The notes: a model not told the origin generated them from the letters alone. 64,000 nt of DNA from Candidatus Cloacimonadales bacterium (GCA_963677495.2 CAXXOU010000003.1:288001-352000); one strand, 5' to 3'. Shown: positions 1 through 9,158, counted from the first letter of the stretch. A program made the numbers and translations.

Positions 1-2
1 AT

Positions 3-1547
3 GTAACATCGTCTCTTTATCTTTCTCCCGATGGTGATGATGCTAACGATGGATTGACCCCTGAGACAGCTTTGCGAACTCCATGGGTTGCCTTTAGCAA
101 GCTACCAGTACAAGTTAGTTCTAATCGTACAGTGTATTTTGCACCGGGTATATATAACAATACCAGAAATGGCATTGGTGTAGGGTTACATGTACCAGCC
201 GGATTAACAATTCAAGGAGCAGGAAAAGAGGAGACAGTCATATCAATTGATAATTCCTATTATCGTGGATATGGGATGTATGTAAAACCAGATGCTTATA
301 GAGTGGAAATTAACGATTTGACAATCAAGCAAACTAATGGTTCAGCACTTTATTGTTCTGGAGCAGAAGAGGTAATAGTGTCAAATGTTAGTTTTGAGGA
401 CTGCCAGCATGCTTTCTACAGTTTTATTAGTATTGTTGGTGAAGACACACATGTTACATTTGATAACGTGACATTCCAAAACACCGTTAATAACCAGGAT
501 GGTGGAGAGTTATTATGGATCGTAGGTTCAGAGGTAAGTTTAACTAATTGTCAGTTTAAGAATAATGTGATGGATATAAGCCAAGCCTGGGCTAATTACA
601 TGATAAATATATCAGACTGTGATAGTGTATTAGTTAAAGACTGTTTGTTCATGAATAACGACACATATTACGAATACGGTGCAATGCAAATCGAAGGTTC
701 TTCAATTGTTTGGGATAATAACCTATATACGAATAATATAACTCATACTACAGGGAATCTCTATTTCCGGGGAAGTGATGTTTATGTACTCAACTCTACT
801 TTTTCAATGAACACTAGTTGCACATCAGATCATAACTTTCTTGATCTTATAGGACATAACAAACTAAGAGTTATTAATTGTATATCTGATAATAACACAC
901 AGATTGATGAAATTGATTGTAGCTCAGATGACTTATTAATCGACTACTGTACATTTACTCGCCAATTTGCCTTATACGGGATTGATCCTGCAGATATAGG
1001 CAACAATGTTTATACACAAGTAGCTTTGGACCTTAATGGTGGTGACCCGGCAGATATGGACTTCTATCTATACAATGTTTCCAATCTAACTGATCCATCT
1101 ATTACAATTGATAATGGAACTACAGACTTATCTTATTTTTATCCGGGTTATATGTTCCCTACCTATGATGCAGTGGGGAACCCAAGAATCTACAATGGAA
1201 CAATAGATATCGGAGCACTTGAATTTTGTCCGGCAATGGAAGAAGACGATAACTCTTTAGCAGTGACCGGGAATCTCTTACAGGGTAACTTCCCCAATCC
1301 CTTCAACCCAACAACCACAATCAAGTTCAGCTTAGCGAAACAAGCCCAAGCTGACATTTCTATATACAATATCAAAGGACAGAGAGTTAGGACACTCACA
1401 GACAGGTCATATCAACAAGGAAAGCATGCTATTATCTGGGATGGAAAAGATGATAAAGGTAATAGCCTTAGTTCAGGGATTTACTTCTATAAGTTAAGGG
1501 TTGATAATCTGGATATATCAACAAGGAGATGCGTTTTGATGAAATAG
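3..1547 (+). CDS. Secreted beta-helix protein with FlgD-Ig/T9SS-like C-terminal domain (5'-truncated by window edge)
   Basis: Frame is open from base 3 (VTSSLYLSPDGDDANDGLTPETALRT, DUF1565-like motif); parallel beta-helix-like Asn-rich repeats; 'IDIGALEF' motif; C-terminus NFPNPFNPTTTI...SGIYFYKL...RRCVLMK. Confidence 0.85.
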   Translation, partial: VTSSLYLSPDGDDANDGLTPETALRTPWVAFSKLPVQVSSNRTVYFAPGIYNNTRNGIGVGLHVPAGLTIQGAGKEETVISIDNSYYRGYGMYVKPDAYRVEINDLTIKQTNGSALYCSGAEEVIVSNVSFEDCQHAFYSFISIVGEDTHVTFDNVTFQNTVNNQDGGELLWIVGSEVSLTNCQFKNNVMDISQAWANYMINISDCDSVLVKDCLFMNNDTYYEYGAMQIEGSSIVWDNNLYTNNITHTTGNLYFRGSDVYVLNSTFSMNTSCTSDHNFLDLIGHNKLRVINCISDNNTQIDEIDCSSDDLLIDYCTFTRQFALYGIDPADIGNNVYTQVALDLNGGDPADMDFYLYNVSNLTDPSITIDNGTTDLSYFYPGYMFPTYDAVGNPRIYNGTIDIGALEFCPAMEEDDNSLAVTGNLLQGNFPNPFNPTTTIKFSLAKQAQADISIYNIKGQRVRTLTDRSYQQGKHAIIWDGKDDKGNSLSSGIYFYKLRVDNLDISTRRCVLMK

Positions 1548-1570
1548 CTTCAAATACAGACAAACGAGGA

Positions 1571-2290
1571 TTATTTAAACCGATGGAGAATAAAGTCGAG
1601 AAGTATATTAAATACACTTTGAATGCTAAACCATAATTTTATGCAATATGAAACTAGAACCTCGAATACCTTAGAATCATTTGAATTACTCTTTAATAAG
1701 GAAGGAACTACTTGATATACTATATAACCAAATGCAGAAGCTAAAAAAAACTTTGTCACACTTTGGGTTAATGTTTCATTTAGCACATTAACGTTAGAAT
1801 AAGCATCAATTTGCATAGTTTCCAAAGTATCAATATACTCGAACAGCAAGTAAACTTCGCTAATATCAATTGAAGTAAAATTTTTTCCGTTCAATTCTAA
1901 CAATATCTTTTGAATTTTTACGATTTGTGCTTGATATTCCTTAAAGCAATTATTTAAATGAACTCTATGATAAAATGGATATGCTTTTTTTAATCTTTTC
2001 ATTGAACTTATATGATAATCAATATAGTACTTTACTCCTAACAAATATCCACTCAAGGTTATTGATCTAGCACTATCTAAATACGAGATAATGTCTTTTT
2101 GCTTTTCAGCTGTCAATGCAAGTAAAAATGGGTCTTGAAAGTCTTTAGTAAATAGTAGCAGATCTCTTTTAGATTCTTTTGAATGAGAGAATTCTTCTGT
2201 TTGTATTTGTACATGAATCAATTTTTTGTTTAGCTCAATGATTTCTCTCAATTTAACAAGAGGGATATTATTCATTATTAATCCTATCAA
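1571..2290 (-). CDS. Hypothetical protein with C-terminal hydrophobic helices
   Basis: 239-aa ORF, very AT-rich, abuts the upstream ORF; no recognised motif; exact start uncertain. Confidence 0.6.
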   Translation of the reverse strand: MIGLIMNNIPLVKLREIIELNKKLIHVQIQTEEFSHSKESKRDLLLFTKDFQDPFLLALTAEKQKDIISYLDSARSITLSGYLLGVKYYIDYHISSMKRLKKAYPFYHRVHLNNCFKEYQAQIVKIQKILLELNGKNFTSIDISEVYLLFEYIDTLETMQIDAYSNVNVLNETLTQSVTKFFLASAFGYIVYQVVPSLLKSNSNDSKVFEVLVSYCIKLWFSIQSVFNILLDFILHRFK

Positions 2291-2291
2291 A

Positions 2292-2912
2292 TTATTTTAA
2301 CAATGCAAAAATTAAAGCTATGATAGTAATTATTGCAATGGATTCTATACTGATAATTCTTTTTAACAAGGAATATCTTTTGATTTTTTTTGATTTCAAA
2401 TATAATGCTTCGAAACTATCAGCAATTTCATCAAACTTAGTGCGATAAGAAACTATTGGTTCATTTTTCCGTAGCGTTTCTTTTTTCTTTCTTATCGTAA
2501 CGATTTCTTTTAAAGTTGAAAAGTATAATCCTAAACTTATTCCATTTTCATCACATTGAGCATACATTTTGGGATACTTTTTAAAAACTCTCTCAATATT
2601 TAAGCCTGTCTCTCTTATGTAGCCATCAAAAATATCAGATTCTAATCTACGAAGATGTGATAATGATGCTTTGATTTCAGAATCGAATTTATCTTTATTA
2701 TTCTGATTAAGTAAGCAATCAAAAGCAAGAGTTATGTGATAGAATATGTGCTTATATTGGTTTAATGCTGCAACATTATTACTAATTGTGTATCTTTTGT
2801 CATAATCAAAACAAAAGATTCTAACTTTCGCATATAACTCACAAAAGTCATTGTAAGTATCACTTGTAATTAAAAAATCAAAGAGTTTTTTTTCATCCCA
2901 GTCCCCAGAAAT
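2292..2912 (-). CDS. Hypothetical protein (~206 aa) with C-terminal TM helix; probable ATT start
   Basis: Frame of the track ORF 2292..2567 stays open to 2936; GGAGG (complement of 2919-2923) lies 6 nt before an in-frame ATT at 2912. Confidence 0.6.
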   Translation of the reverse strand: MSGDWDEKKLFDFLITSDTYNDFCELYAKVRIFCFDYDKRYTISNNVAALNQYKHIFYHITLAFDCLLNQNNKDKFDSEIKASLSHLRRLESDIFDGYIRETGLNIERVFKKYPKMYAQCDENGISLGLYFSTLKEIVTIRKKKETLRKNEPIVSYRTKFDEIADSFEALYLKSKKIKRYSLLKRIISIESIAIITIIALIFALLK

Positions 2913-2936
2913 TGAATACCTCCGATAGTAGTTCTT

Positions 2937-3134
2937 TTAAGAAATACTATTTATAGCACCTCGAACAGAACCTACTGTTAAGTCAGCAGTTATAATAGAT
3001 TTCTTTTTATTCAGTTTTGAAGCTTTACCTAGCAAATTAGAATTCCTACGTTCAATAAAAGATCTTTCAATCGTTTTACGATTTTCTTGAAAACTATTAT
3101 TACTATCCCAATGTGTTCTCTTTTTTTTCATCAC
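2937..3134 (-). CDS. Small basic hypothetical protein
   Basis: 65-aa ORF with AGGAAGG-like RBS upstream; first gene of the 3-gene minus-strand cluster. Confidence 0.45.
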   Translation of the reverse strand: MMKKKRTHWDSNNSFQENRKTIERSFIERRNSNLLGKASKLNKKKSIITADLTVGSVRGAINSIS

Positions 3135-3377
3135 AAAAACCTTCCTTTAAGATAAAGCAAACATTTACAATCAAATAGCTAGGTCAAGAAATAAATGTTT
3201 ATTATGACCTACAGGCTGATGGAAATCAAATCACCTATAAATCCATAAATAATTGTAGTTTCATATTTTGCAAGCTTTTTTTTGATTTTTTCCATTTTTT
3301 TAGTGATACCACTATTGCTTGCAATATATAAAGTTAGTAGTTTTCTGCAAAAACAGATGTATACTGCTAATAAATAC

Positions 3378-3408
3378 AAACGCCCTTCCTTTCCCAGGAA
3401 GGGCGTTT
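3378..3408. terminator. Intrinsic terminator of 3415..3876
   Basis: Stem aaacgcccttcct / aggaagggcgttt immediately after the stop codon. Confidence 0.75.
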
Positions 3409-3414
3409 AGTTAT

Positions 3415-3876
3415 TTAGTTACCATCGTAACTGTTTGTTAGATCATCATACTTACTGACCTTGGGCAAGAAACCATTATCAATGGCATCCTTAACTGTCT
3501 GAATCCCGATATCCAAGAGCTGGATATCAGCAAAGGTAACAGTCTTCAGGTCAATAGTAGGATCATCTTTGTGAACATTCCACCACATCTTCTGGTACAG
3601 AGCATAGAAGGTAGGTGGAACTGCATATTGATCAACGACATCGGTTTCATATCTCTGACAATAGGTTTTCAAGTCATCAACCCATCCGGAATCGAAACTG
3701 TCGTATACGATTCCAAGGTTTTTAGCAATGAGACCGATTGTCTGGTTCTGAGACGAGTAAGGTGGTGCAGCGTACTCTTTGGCAATGCATACTGCATCAT
3801 CATGCAAAGCCATGTAGGTTGTTTTGTCACGGGATCCGCTCCATGAAAGGAACGGGAAGCACATGTTAACTTTCAT
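3415..3876 (-). CDS. Hypothetical ~153-aa protein, paralog of 9242..9694
   Basis: AGGAGG RBS before ATG at 3876 (MKVN...); shares IAxxY..P, AKNLG, DLxxY, KM, DLKT(V/I)T and A(I/V)D...LP.V motifs with 9242..9694. Confidence 0.8.
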   Translation of the reverse strand: MKVNMCFPFLSWSGSRDKTTYMALHDDAVCIAKEYAAPPYSSQNQTIGLIAKNLGIVYDSFDSGWVDDLKTYCQRYETDVVDQYAVPPTFYALYQKMWWNVHKDDPTIDLKTVTFADIQLLDIGIQTVKDAIDNGFLPKVSKYDDLTNSYDGN

Positions 3877-3915
3877 TTTAGACCTCCTGGTCATTTGTAC
3901 TCATTAAGGCTAATC

Positions 3916-4030
3916 GTAAAACGACTCTCCGGGTCGTTATTCCCCTCTCACAGAGGGGTGTCGTGTAACGACGGGGTGTTATCTCTTGGGTAGAGACAAC
4001 AAGTTACGTTAAACAACTCTCTAGGTCGTT
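3916..4030. repeat. REP-like palindrome cluster (B-A-B)
   Basis: GTAA-AACGAC-tctccgg-GTCGTT type at 3916-3938 and 4003-4030; CCCCTCT..AGAGGGG/ACCCCGTCG type at 3939-3980; both types recur at 16162-16277. Confidence 0.7.
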
Positions 4031-4169
4031 ATCCCCGGTTCCAATTAACCGAAAAAAATCTCTTCCTTAATAAGAGGTTGAAGGATCTGTCAGGAACTAC
4101 CACTGACGATTTACTAACTACATTTCGAGTTTTCAATGCATTGAGTTTCTATAGATTAGATTTAAAAAA

Positions 4170-4240
4170 ACATCTTTCATCATTCATTTTTCATCTTGCA
4201 TTCTTCATTCTTCATCTTGCATTTGTAATTTTGCATTTAT
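4170..4240. repeat. Degenerate heptanucleotide tandem repeat (TTCATCT/TGCATTT-like, ~9 units)
   Basis: ttcattt ttcatct tgcattc ttcattc ttcatct tgcattt gtaattt tgcattt read directly. Confidence 0.65.
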
Positions 4241-4248
4241 TTTCTTCT

Positions 4249-4292
4249 CTCTATAACTATACTGGGGGAAAAATTGTTAGATTTTGTGAAAA
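4249..4292 (-). promoter_or_regulatory. 44-bp conserved motif upstream of paralog 3415..3876 (inverted copy of 9115..9158)
   Basis: Reverse complement ttttcacaaaatctaacaatttttcccccagtatagttatagag matches 9115-9158 at 37/44; contains TATAGT. Confidence 0.65.
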
Positions 4293-4382
4293 GAGTGAAA
4301 ATTATTTATGAAATATATTTATCTTGACATAAGAAGAAATAATTTGGATTAATTTACTAAAATTATTGCTAGATGGGAAAGG

Positions 4383-5621
4383 ATGAATAAATATACATAT
4401 ATAGACTTGTTTGCTGGATGTGGAGGACTATCTTTGGGAATGAACCAATCAGGGTGGAAAGGTTTGTTTGCAGTTGAAAAGAGTCCATATGCATTTCTTA
4501 CTTTGAAAACTAATCTTATGAAGAAGTTAGATCACTTTAATTGGCCTGAATGGTTACCACAAACAGAACAAGATATAAACTCAATGCTTGAGAATCACAA
4601 AGAAGATTTATTAAAACTAAGGGGAAATATTGACTTAGTTGCAGGAGGTCCACCCTGCCAAGGATTCTCAACAGCAGGAAGAAGAATTGAAAGTGATAAT
4701 AGAAATCAGCTTATTGATTCTTACATAAGTTTCATCAGACTAGTTCAACCAAAATTAATTTTCTTTGAAAATGTAAGGGGATTTACTCAACGATTTAAAA
4801 AAAATAAATCGAATGGATTTAGATATTCAGAATATGTGAAAAAGGCATTAGAAAAGGATGGGACTGATTTTTCTGGTTATAAAGTTTATGGTGAATTGGT
4901 AGATTTCTCTGATTTTGGTGTACCCCAAAAGAGGACTAGATTTATACTAATTGGGATAAGAAAAGATTTCTCTAATGTACTTAATCCTGAGAACTTCTTT
5001 AACATTATTACAAAGAATAGAGAGTTTTTTTTCGCACAAAAATTGATTAACAAATCTACTTCAGTAAAAGATGCTATTTCAGACCTATACAAATCGAAGG
5101 TTAGGGTTGAATGTCCAGATTCGAAAAGTTTCGAAACAACCTGCTATACAAAAGAGGTTTCTCTATATCAAAAGTACTTGCGCAAAGATTATAAAAAGAG
5201 AATTCCAGATAGTCATAGGTTTACTAAACATGGGAAACAAACAATTTCTCTCTTTGAAAAATTGATAGAAAATGTACCCAAGGGTAGACGAATAAATCAA
5301 GAAATGAAAGAAAAGTTTGGGCTAAAGAAGCGAGGTTTAATTGTGCTTGACCCTAACAAACCCGCTCCGACAATTACTTCGCATCCAGATGACTATTTAC
5401 ATTATGGAACTCCAAGAATTCTAACAGTCAGAGAATGTGCAAGAATTCAGTCATTTCCTGATTGGTTTGAATTTAAAGCTAAATACACAACTGGGGGGAA
5501 ACAAAGGAAGCATGAAGTACCTAGATACACTCAAGTAGGAAATGCTATCCCTCCTCTTTTCAGTGAGCAAGCAGGAAATGCTCTAAAGGAAATGTTAGAT
5601 TATGAGCAAACAAACATTTAA
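4383..5621 (+). CDS. dcm: DNA (cytosine-5)-methyltransferase
   Basis: Motifs I DLFAGCGG, IV GGPPCQGFS, VI ENV, VIII QKRTR, IX RECARIQSFPD, X QVGNA. Confidence 0.95.
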   Translation: MNKYTYIDLFAGCGGLSLGMNQSGWKGLFAVEKSPYAFLTLKTNLMKKLDHFNWPEWLPQTEQDINSMLENHKEDLLKLRGNIDLVAGGPPCQGFSTAGRRIESDNRNQLIDSYISFIRLVQPKLIFFENVRGFTQRFKKNKSNGFRYSEYVKKALEKDGTDFSGYKVYGELVDFSDFGVPQKRTRFILIGIRKDFSNVLNPENFFNIITKNREFFFAQKLINKSTSVKDAISDLYKSKVRVECPDSKSFETTCYTKEVSLYQKYLRKDYKKRIPDSHRFTKHGKQTISLFEKLIENVPKGRRINQEMKEKFGLKKRGLIVLDPNKPAPTITSHPDDYLHYGTPRILTVRECARIQSFPDWFEFKAKYTTGGKQRKHEVPRYTQVGNAIPPLFSEQAGNALKEMLDYEQTNI

Positions 5622-7932
5622 AATTAGTGCCGCACTTAAGGATCTAATAGGTCGAGAACTCATTACTGATGAGTTTGTTGCTGTTTTCGAGTTAGTTAAG
5701 AACTCTTATGATGCAAATGCTAAACTTGTAAAAATTGTTTTTGAGAACAATAGAGATAGTCAGAATACTAGATTACTTATTATCGATGATGGTAAAGGTA
5801 TGAATTTTATAGAACTTAAGAACAAATGGCTTTTCGTTGCATATTCTGCAAAAAAACTAGGGAAAGAGAATGAAGATTATCGTGATAAATTAGATTTTCA
5901 TCGATCCTTTGCAGGTGCAAAGGGTGTCGGAAGATTCTCATGTGATAGATTAGGAAAACATTTACGTTTGATTACAAAAAAGGATGAAAAGAAATCTAAA
6001 CTGGAAGAATTAATTGTAGATTGGGTAGATTTCGAGGGTGTAGATGATAAACAGTTTGCCAATATTGAAGTCAAACATTCAACTCTTTTAAATAATGAGT
6101 ATGAATTAGAACATGGTACTGTTCTTGAAATTTCTGGATTAAGAGATAATTGGAATAGAGATAGAATATTAAAACTAAAGAAATCATTGGTTAAACTTAT
6201 CAATCCTGAAAAAGACAATAGCAGTGATCAATTTGAAATATCTATTATCGCTAAAGATGAGTTAAAGAAAGATAAGGAAATACAGAGTAACATCCTAAAT
6301 AAGAAGAATCATTTTAGTAACATTGTCAATGGTTTCATCAAGAATATTGTGTTTGAAGCATTAGAGATAAAAACAACTAATGTATTAGTTCAAATCTCAC
6401 CTTGTGGTGAGTATATTGAAACAACTCTCCAAGATAGAGGAGATATCATATTTCACCTTAAGGAAGTAAATCCTTATACTGAATTAAGAAATATCAATGT
6501 TTACCTTTTCCAATTGAATAGAAGTGCTAAACTCACTTTTACAAGGCTTATGGGAATCCCATCAGTAGAGTATGGATCTGTTTTTGTGTACAAGAATGGT
6601 TTTAGAATCTATCCATATGGAGAAGTTGGGGAAGATCTTCTGCTTATTGATAGAAGAAAACAACAGGGTTATAATAGGTATTTAGGCACGAGAGACCTTA
6701 TCGGTCGTATAGAAATAATAGGTGAGCAACCAAATCTAAGGGAAACTACGAGTAGAGATGGAGGTTTATTTAAAACTAATGCCTATAATCAACTAGTAGT
6801 ATTTTTCAGGACTAAAGTTTTAGCTCGACTTGAGAACTATGTAGTGAATATTATCAAATGGGGCGACGAAAGAATCGAAAAAGATCAAAACGGCTATATA
6901 ATAAGTAAAAACCCTGAATTGTGGCCTGTAGATGTAAAGATTGATATTTTAGAGATGATAACAGGATTCATCAAATCAAAAGATGTTATTGATATAAGTT
7001 ATGATGATAATTTCTTAAACATAATCGAAAACAAAAAAACTAATAGTATCGATAAAAGCATTAGAAGAATTGAGTCAATCGCAAATAAATCAAAGAATAG
7101 AGAAGTTATAAAAGAAGCACGTAAAATTAAAAAAGCATTCGAAAGTGTTATTAATGACCAAAAAAAAGCCATTGATAAAGCAGATAATGCAGAAAAAGAG
7201 CTTCTCAAAAGCAAACGAGAACTGGAATATATTACAAGTCAGAATATCTTTTTAACTAATAATATTAGTGACAATTCAATTAGTCTACAAAGTATTCTTC
7301 ATCATATAGGGTTAACAACAAACTGGTTAAGATTAGATATAAAAAAACTTATAAAAGCTGTAGATGAAGATAAAGGTAAAGGGGAAATATTAAGAATTGT
7401 TAAGCGAATGAGCTATCAAAATGAAAAGATTACCTCATTTTCAAAGTATTTCAAAAAGATAAATTATGATTATCATTCCAAAAAGATGAAAGCAGATTTA
7501 ATCATATTTATTAATGAGTATATCGAAAATGTTTATAAACTTAGAGAGGATTTAGACAATAATAGAGAGTTGATTAATGTTTCAGTTCATAATCCTCATT
7601 TTCTTAAATTAGAGATGATTGTTAATCCTATAGATATTATCATTGTTATTGATAATTTAATAAGTAACTCTCAAAAGAATGATGCGAAACAAGTAGATGT
7701 TAAATGGAGGAAAAACAGCAATAATAATATTGAAATGTCTGTAAAAGATGATGGAATTGGTATTCAAGATAAGTTACTAAAAAGAATATTTGATTTTGGT
7801 TTCACAACTACTAGAGGTTCAGGCATTGGTCTGTACCATGTAAGAGATCTGTTATCCAAGATGAAGGCAGATATTTCAGTATGTAACGAGCATGAAAAGG
7901 GTGTTGAATTTATAATTGAATTTCGGAGGTAA
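5602..7932 (+). CDS. MORC/MutL-like GHKL ATPase fused via coiled coil to a C-terminal histidine kinase
   Basis: N-terminal GHKL: ELVKNSYDA, DDGKGM, GAKGVGRFS, GTVLEI. C-terminal HK: putative H-box SILHHIG, N-box DNLISNSQK, G1 DDGIGI, F IFDFGFTT, G2 GSGIGL. No TM segments. Confidence 0.9.
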   Translation: MSKQTFKISAALKDLIGRELITDEFVAVFELVKNSYDANAKLVKIVFENNRDSQNTRLLIIDDGKGMNFIELKNKWLFVAYSAKKLGKENEDYRDKLDFHRSFAGAKGVGRFSCDRLGKHLRLITKKDEKKSKLEELIVDWVDFEGVDDKQFANIEVKHSTLLNNEYELEHGTVLEISGLRDNWNRDRILKLKKSLVKLINPEKDNSSDQFEISIIAKDELKKDKEIQSNILNKKNHFSNIVNGFIKNIVFEALEIKTTNVLVQISPCGEYIETTLQDRGDIIFHLKEVNPYTELRNINVYLFQLNRSAKLTFTRLMGIPSVEYGSVFVYKNGFRIYPYGEVGEDLLLIDRRKQQGYNRYLGTRDLIGRIEIIGEQPNLRETTSRDGGLFKTNAYNQLVVFFRTKVLARLENYVVNIIKWGDERIEKDQNGYIISKNPELWPVDVKIDILEMITGFIKSKDVIDISYDDNFLNIIENKKTNSIDKSIRRIESIANKSKNREVIKEARKIKKAFESVINDQKKAIDKADNAEKELLKSKRELEYITSQNIFLTNNISDNSISLQSILHHIGLTTNWLRLDIKKLIKAVDEDKGKGEILRIVKRMSYQNEKITSFSKYFKKINYDYHSKKMKADLIIFINEYIENVYKLREDLDNNRELINVSVHNPHFLKLEMIVNPIDIIIVIDNLISNSQKNDAKQVDVKWRKNSNNNIEMSVKDDGIGIQDKLLKRIFDFGFTTTRGSGIGLYHVRDLLSKMKADISVCNEHEKGVEFIIEFRR

Positions 7933-7933
7933 T

Positions 7934-8869
7934 ATGCATTTATTTTACAACATTTTGTGGATTGATAACGATATCGAAGACTATATTGAGAGAGATGAAT
8001 TAGATGACATAGAAAAATTTCTTAAAAATCTTGGATTTATTCCACACATCAAGACTGACAATGGTGATAGTGAAATTAACGATCTGTTAGGAATTACAAA
8101 TTATGATTTAATTCTCTCTGATTTCAATTTAAACGAGAAAAAAGGAGATAGTATAGTTAAAGCGATAAGAGAAATGGGAATTCTCACCGAAATCATTTTT
8201 TATTCTGCTAACACTGATTTTAAAAATGATCCTAATATTTTATCTAGCAAAGTTCTTTTTGATAGAGTAAGTTTTCACTATGGTAGAACTACTTTAATGG
8301 AAAAGATTGAAGAGATAATCAAATTAACATTAAGAAAACTACTTGAACTAAATGCAACTCGAGGGCTAATAACATCTGCTACTAGTAGCTTAGATGTAGA
8401 TATTGAGAGTTTTGTGAGGTGCTTGGTTAATAATCATGTAGAACTAACTCAAGAACAGGTCGATAAAATTGTCAACGGTTACATAACTGATTGTTTAGAT
8501 AGAAAATCGGATAAGTTCAGAACTAAATATGAGAAGTTAGGTTTCTTAGATGTATTCTCTTCAATTGAAGCCTATAGAAAATGGAAGATTTTACGAGAAA
8601 TATTGAAACTAAAGCAGGGTGTAGCATACAGCGATGAAGTTGCCGATTTTTTAAAAATCAATAAGAAATATTATGAAGAAGTAATATTTATTAGAAATAG
8701 ATTTGCGCATTCAAAAGAAGTATGTATTGCAGGGGAAAAATGTTTGCAAGGTCAGATTGAAGGAGATCATTTCCAATTTAATGAAGAAACCTGTGTAGAT
8801 ATTCGTAAAAAATTAATAAAGCACATTGAGAGTTTTAATAATCTTAAAAAATATCTAAGCATAGATTGA
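7934..8869 (+). CDS. Response-regulator receiver domain protein with C-terminal HEPN-like domain
   Basis: GGAGG RBS then ATG 7934; receiver motifs ILWIDND, YDLILSDFNL (phospho-acceptor Asp), IIFYS; helical C-terminal region with IRNRFAH (RxxxxH, nt 8693-8710). Confidence 0.75.
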   Translation: MHLFYNILWIDNDIEDYIERDELDDIEKFLKNLGFIPHIKTDNGDSEINDLLGITNYDLILSDFNLNEKKGDSIVKAIREMGILTEIIFYSANTDFKNDPNILSSKVLFDRVSFHYGRTTLMEKIEEIIKLTLRKLLELNATRGLITSATSSLDVDIESFVRCLVNNHVELTQEQVDKIVNGYITDCLDRKSDKFRTKYEKLGFLDVFSSIEAYRKWKILREILKLKQGVAYSDEVADFLKINKKYYEEVIFIRNRFAHSKEVCIAGEKCLQGQIEGDHFQFNEETCVDIRKKLIKHIESFNNLKKYLSID

Positions 8870-8885
8870 TAGGAATTTCAGATAC

Positions 8886-8970
8886 TCCCTTGTATTATAC
8901 TCCCCTCTCCCTAGCCCTTCCCTTGCGTGGCAAGGGAGACCCAAGAGTAACCCAAGGGAAAGGCAAGGGA
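8886..8970. repeat. Dyad-symmetric array of 11-bp-period repeats (core TCCCTTG/CAAGGGA)
   Basis: Units at 8886,(8897),8908,8919 | 8931,8942,8953,8964. Confidence 0.75.
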
Positions 8971-9114
8971 TGATTATCCATTTTCATGACATTTCTATAA
9001 GTGCTTTTTAGCTGACGAAATAATAGAGGAGCCAAGAGAATAATGCAGGTTTAGCAGGTTTTTATTTACTCTAAAATTGATTTAAACATTATCATTCAGG
9101 TAAAACAACTCAAA

Positions 9115-9158
9115 TTTTCACAAATTCAGGTCATTTTTCACCCAGTATAGTTATAGAG
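9115..9158 (+). promoter_or_regulatory. 44-bp conserved motif upstream of paralog 9242..9694
   Basis: ttttcacaaattcaggtcatttttcacccagtatagttatagag; inverted copy at 4249-4292. Confidence 0.65.

Noticed and set aside
4078..4311. 77-aa ORF from the track
   Set aside because: Its hydrophobic stretch is just the translated heptamer repeat, and it overlaps the conserved 44-bp motif; probably non-coding
4383..8869. Classical type II restriction-modification system
   Set aside because: No PD-(D/E)xK, HNH, PLD or GIY-YIG endonuclease recognised next to the methyltransferase
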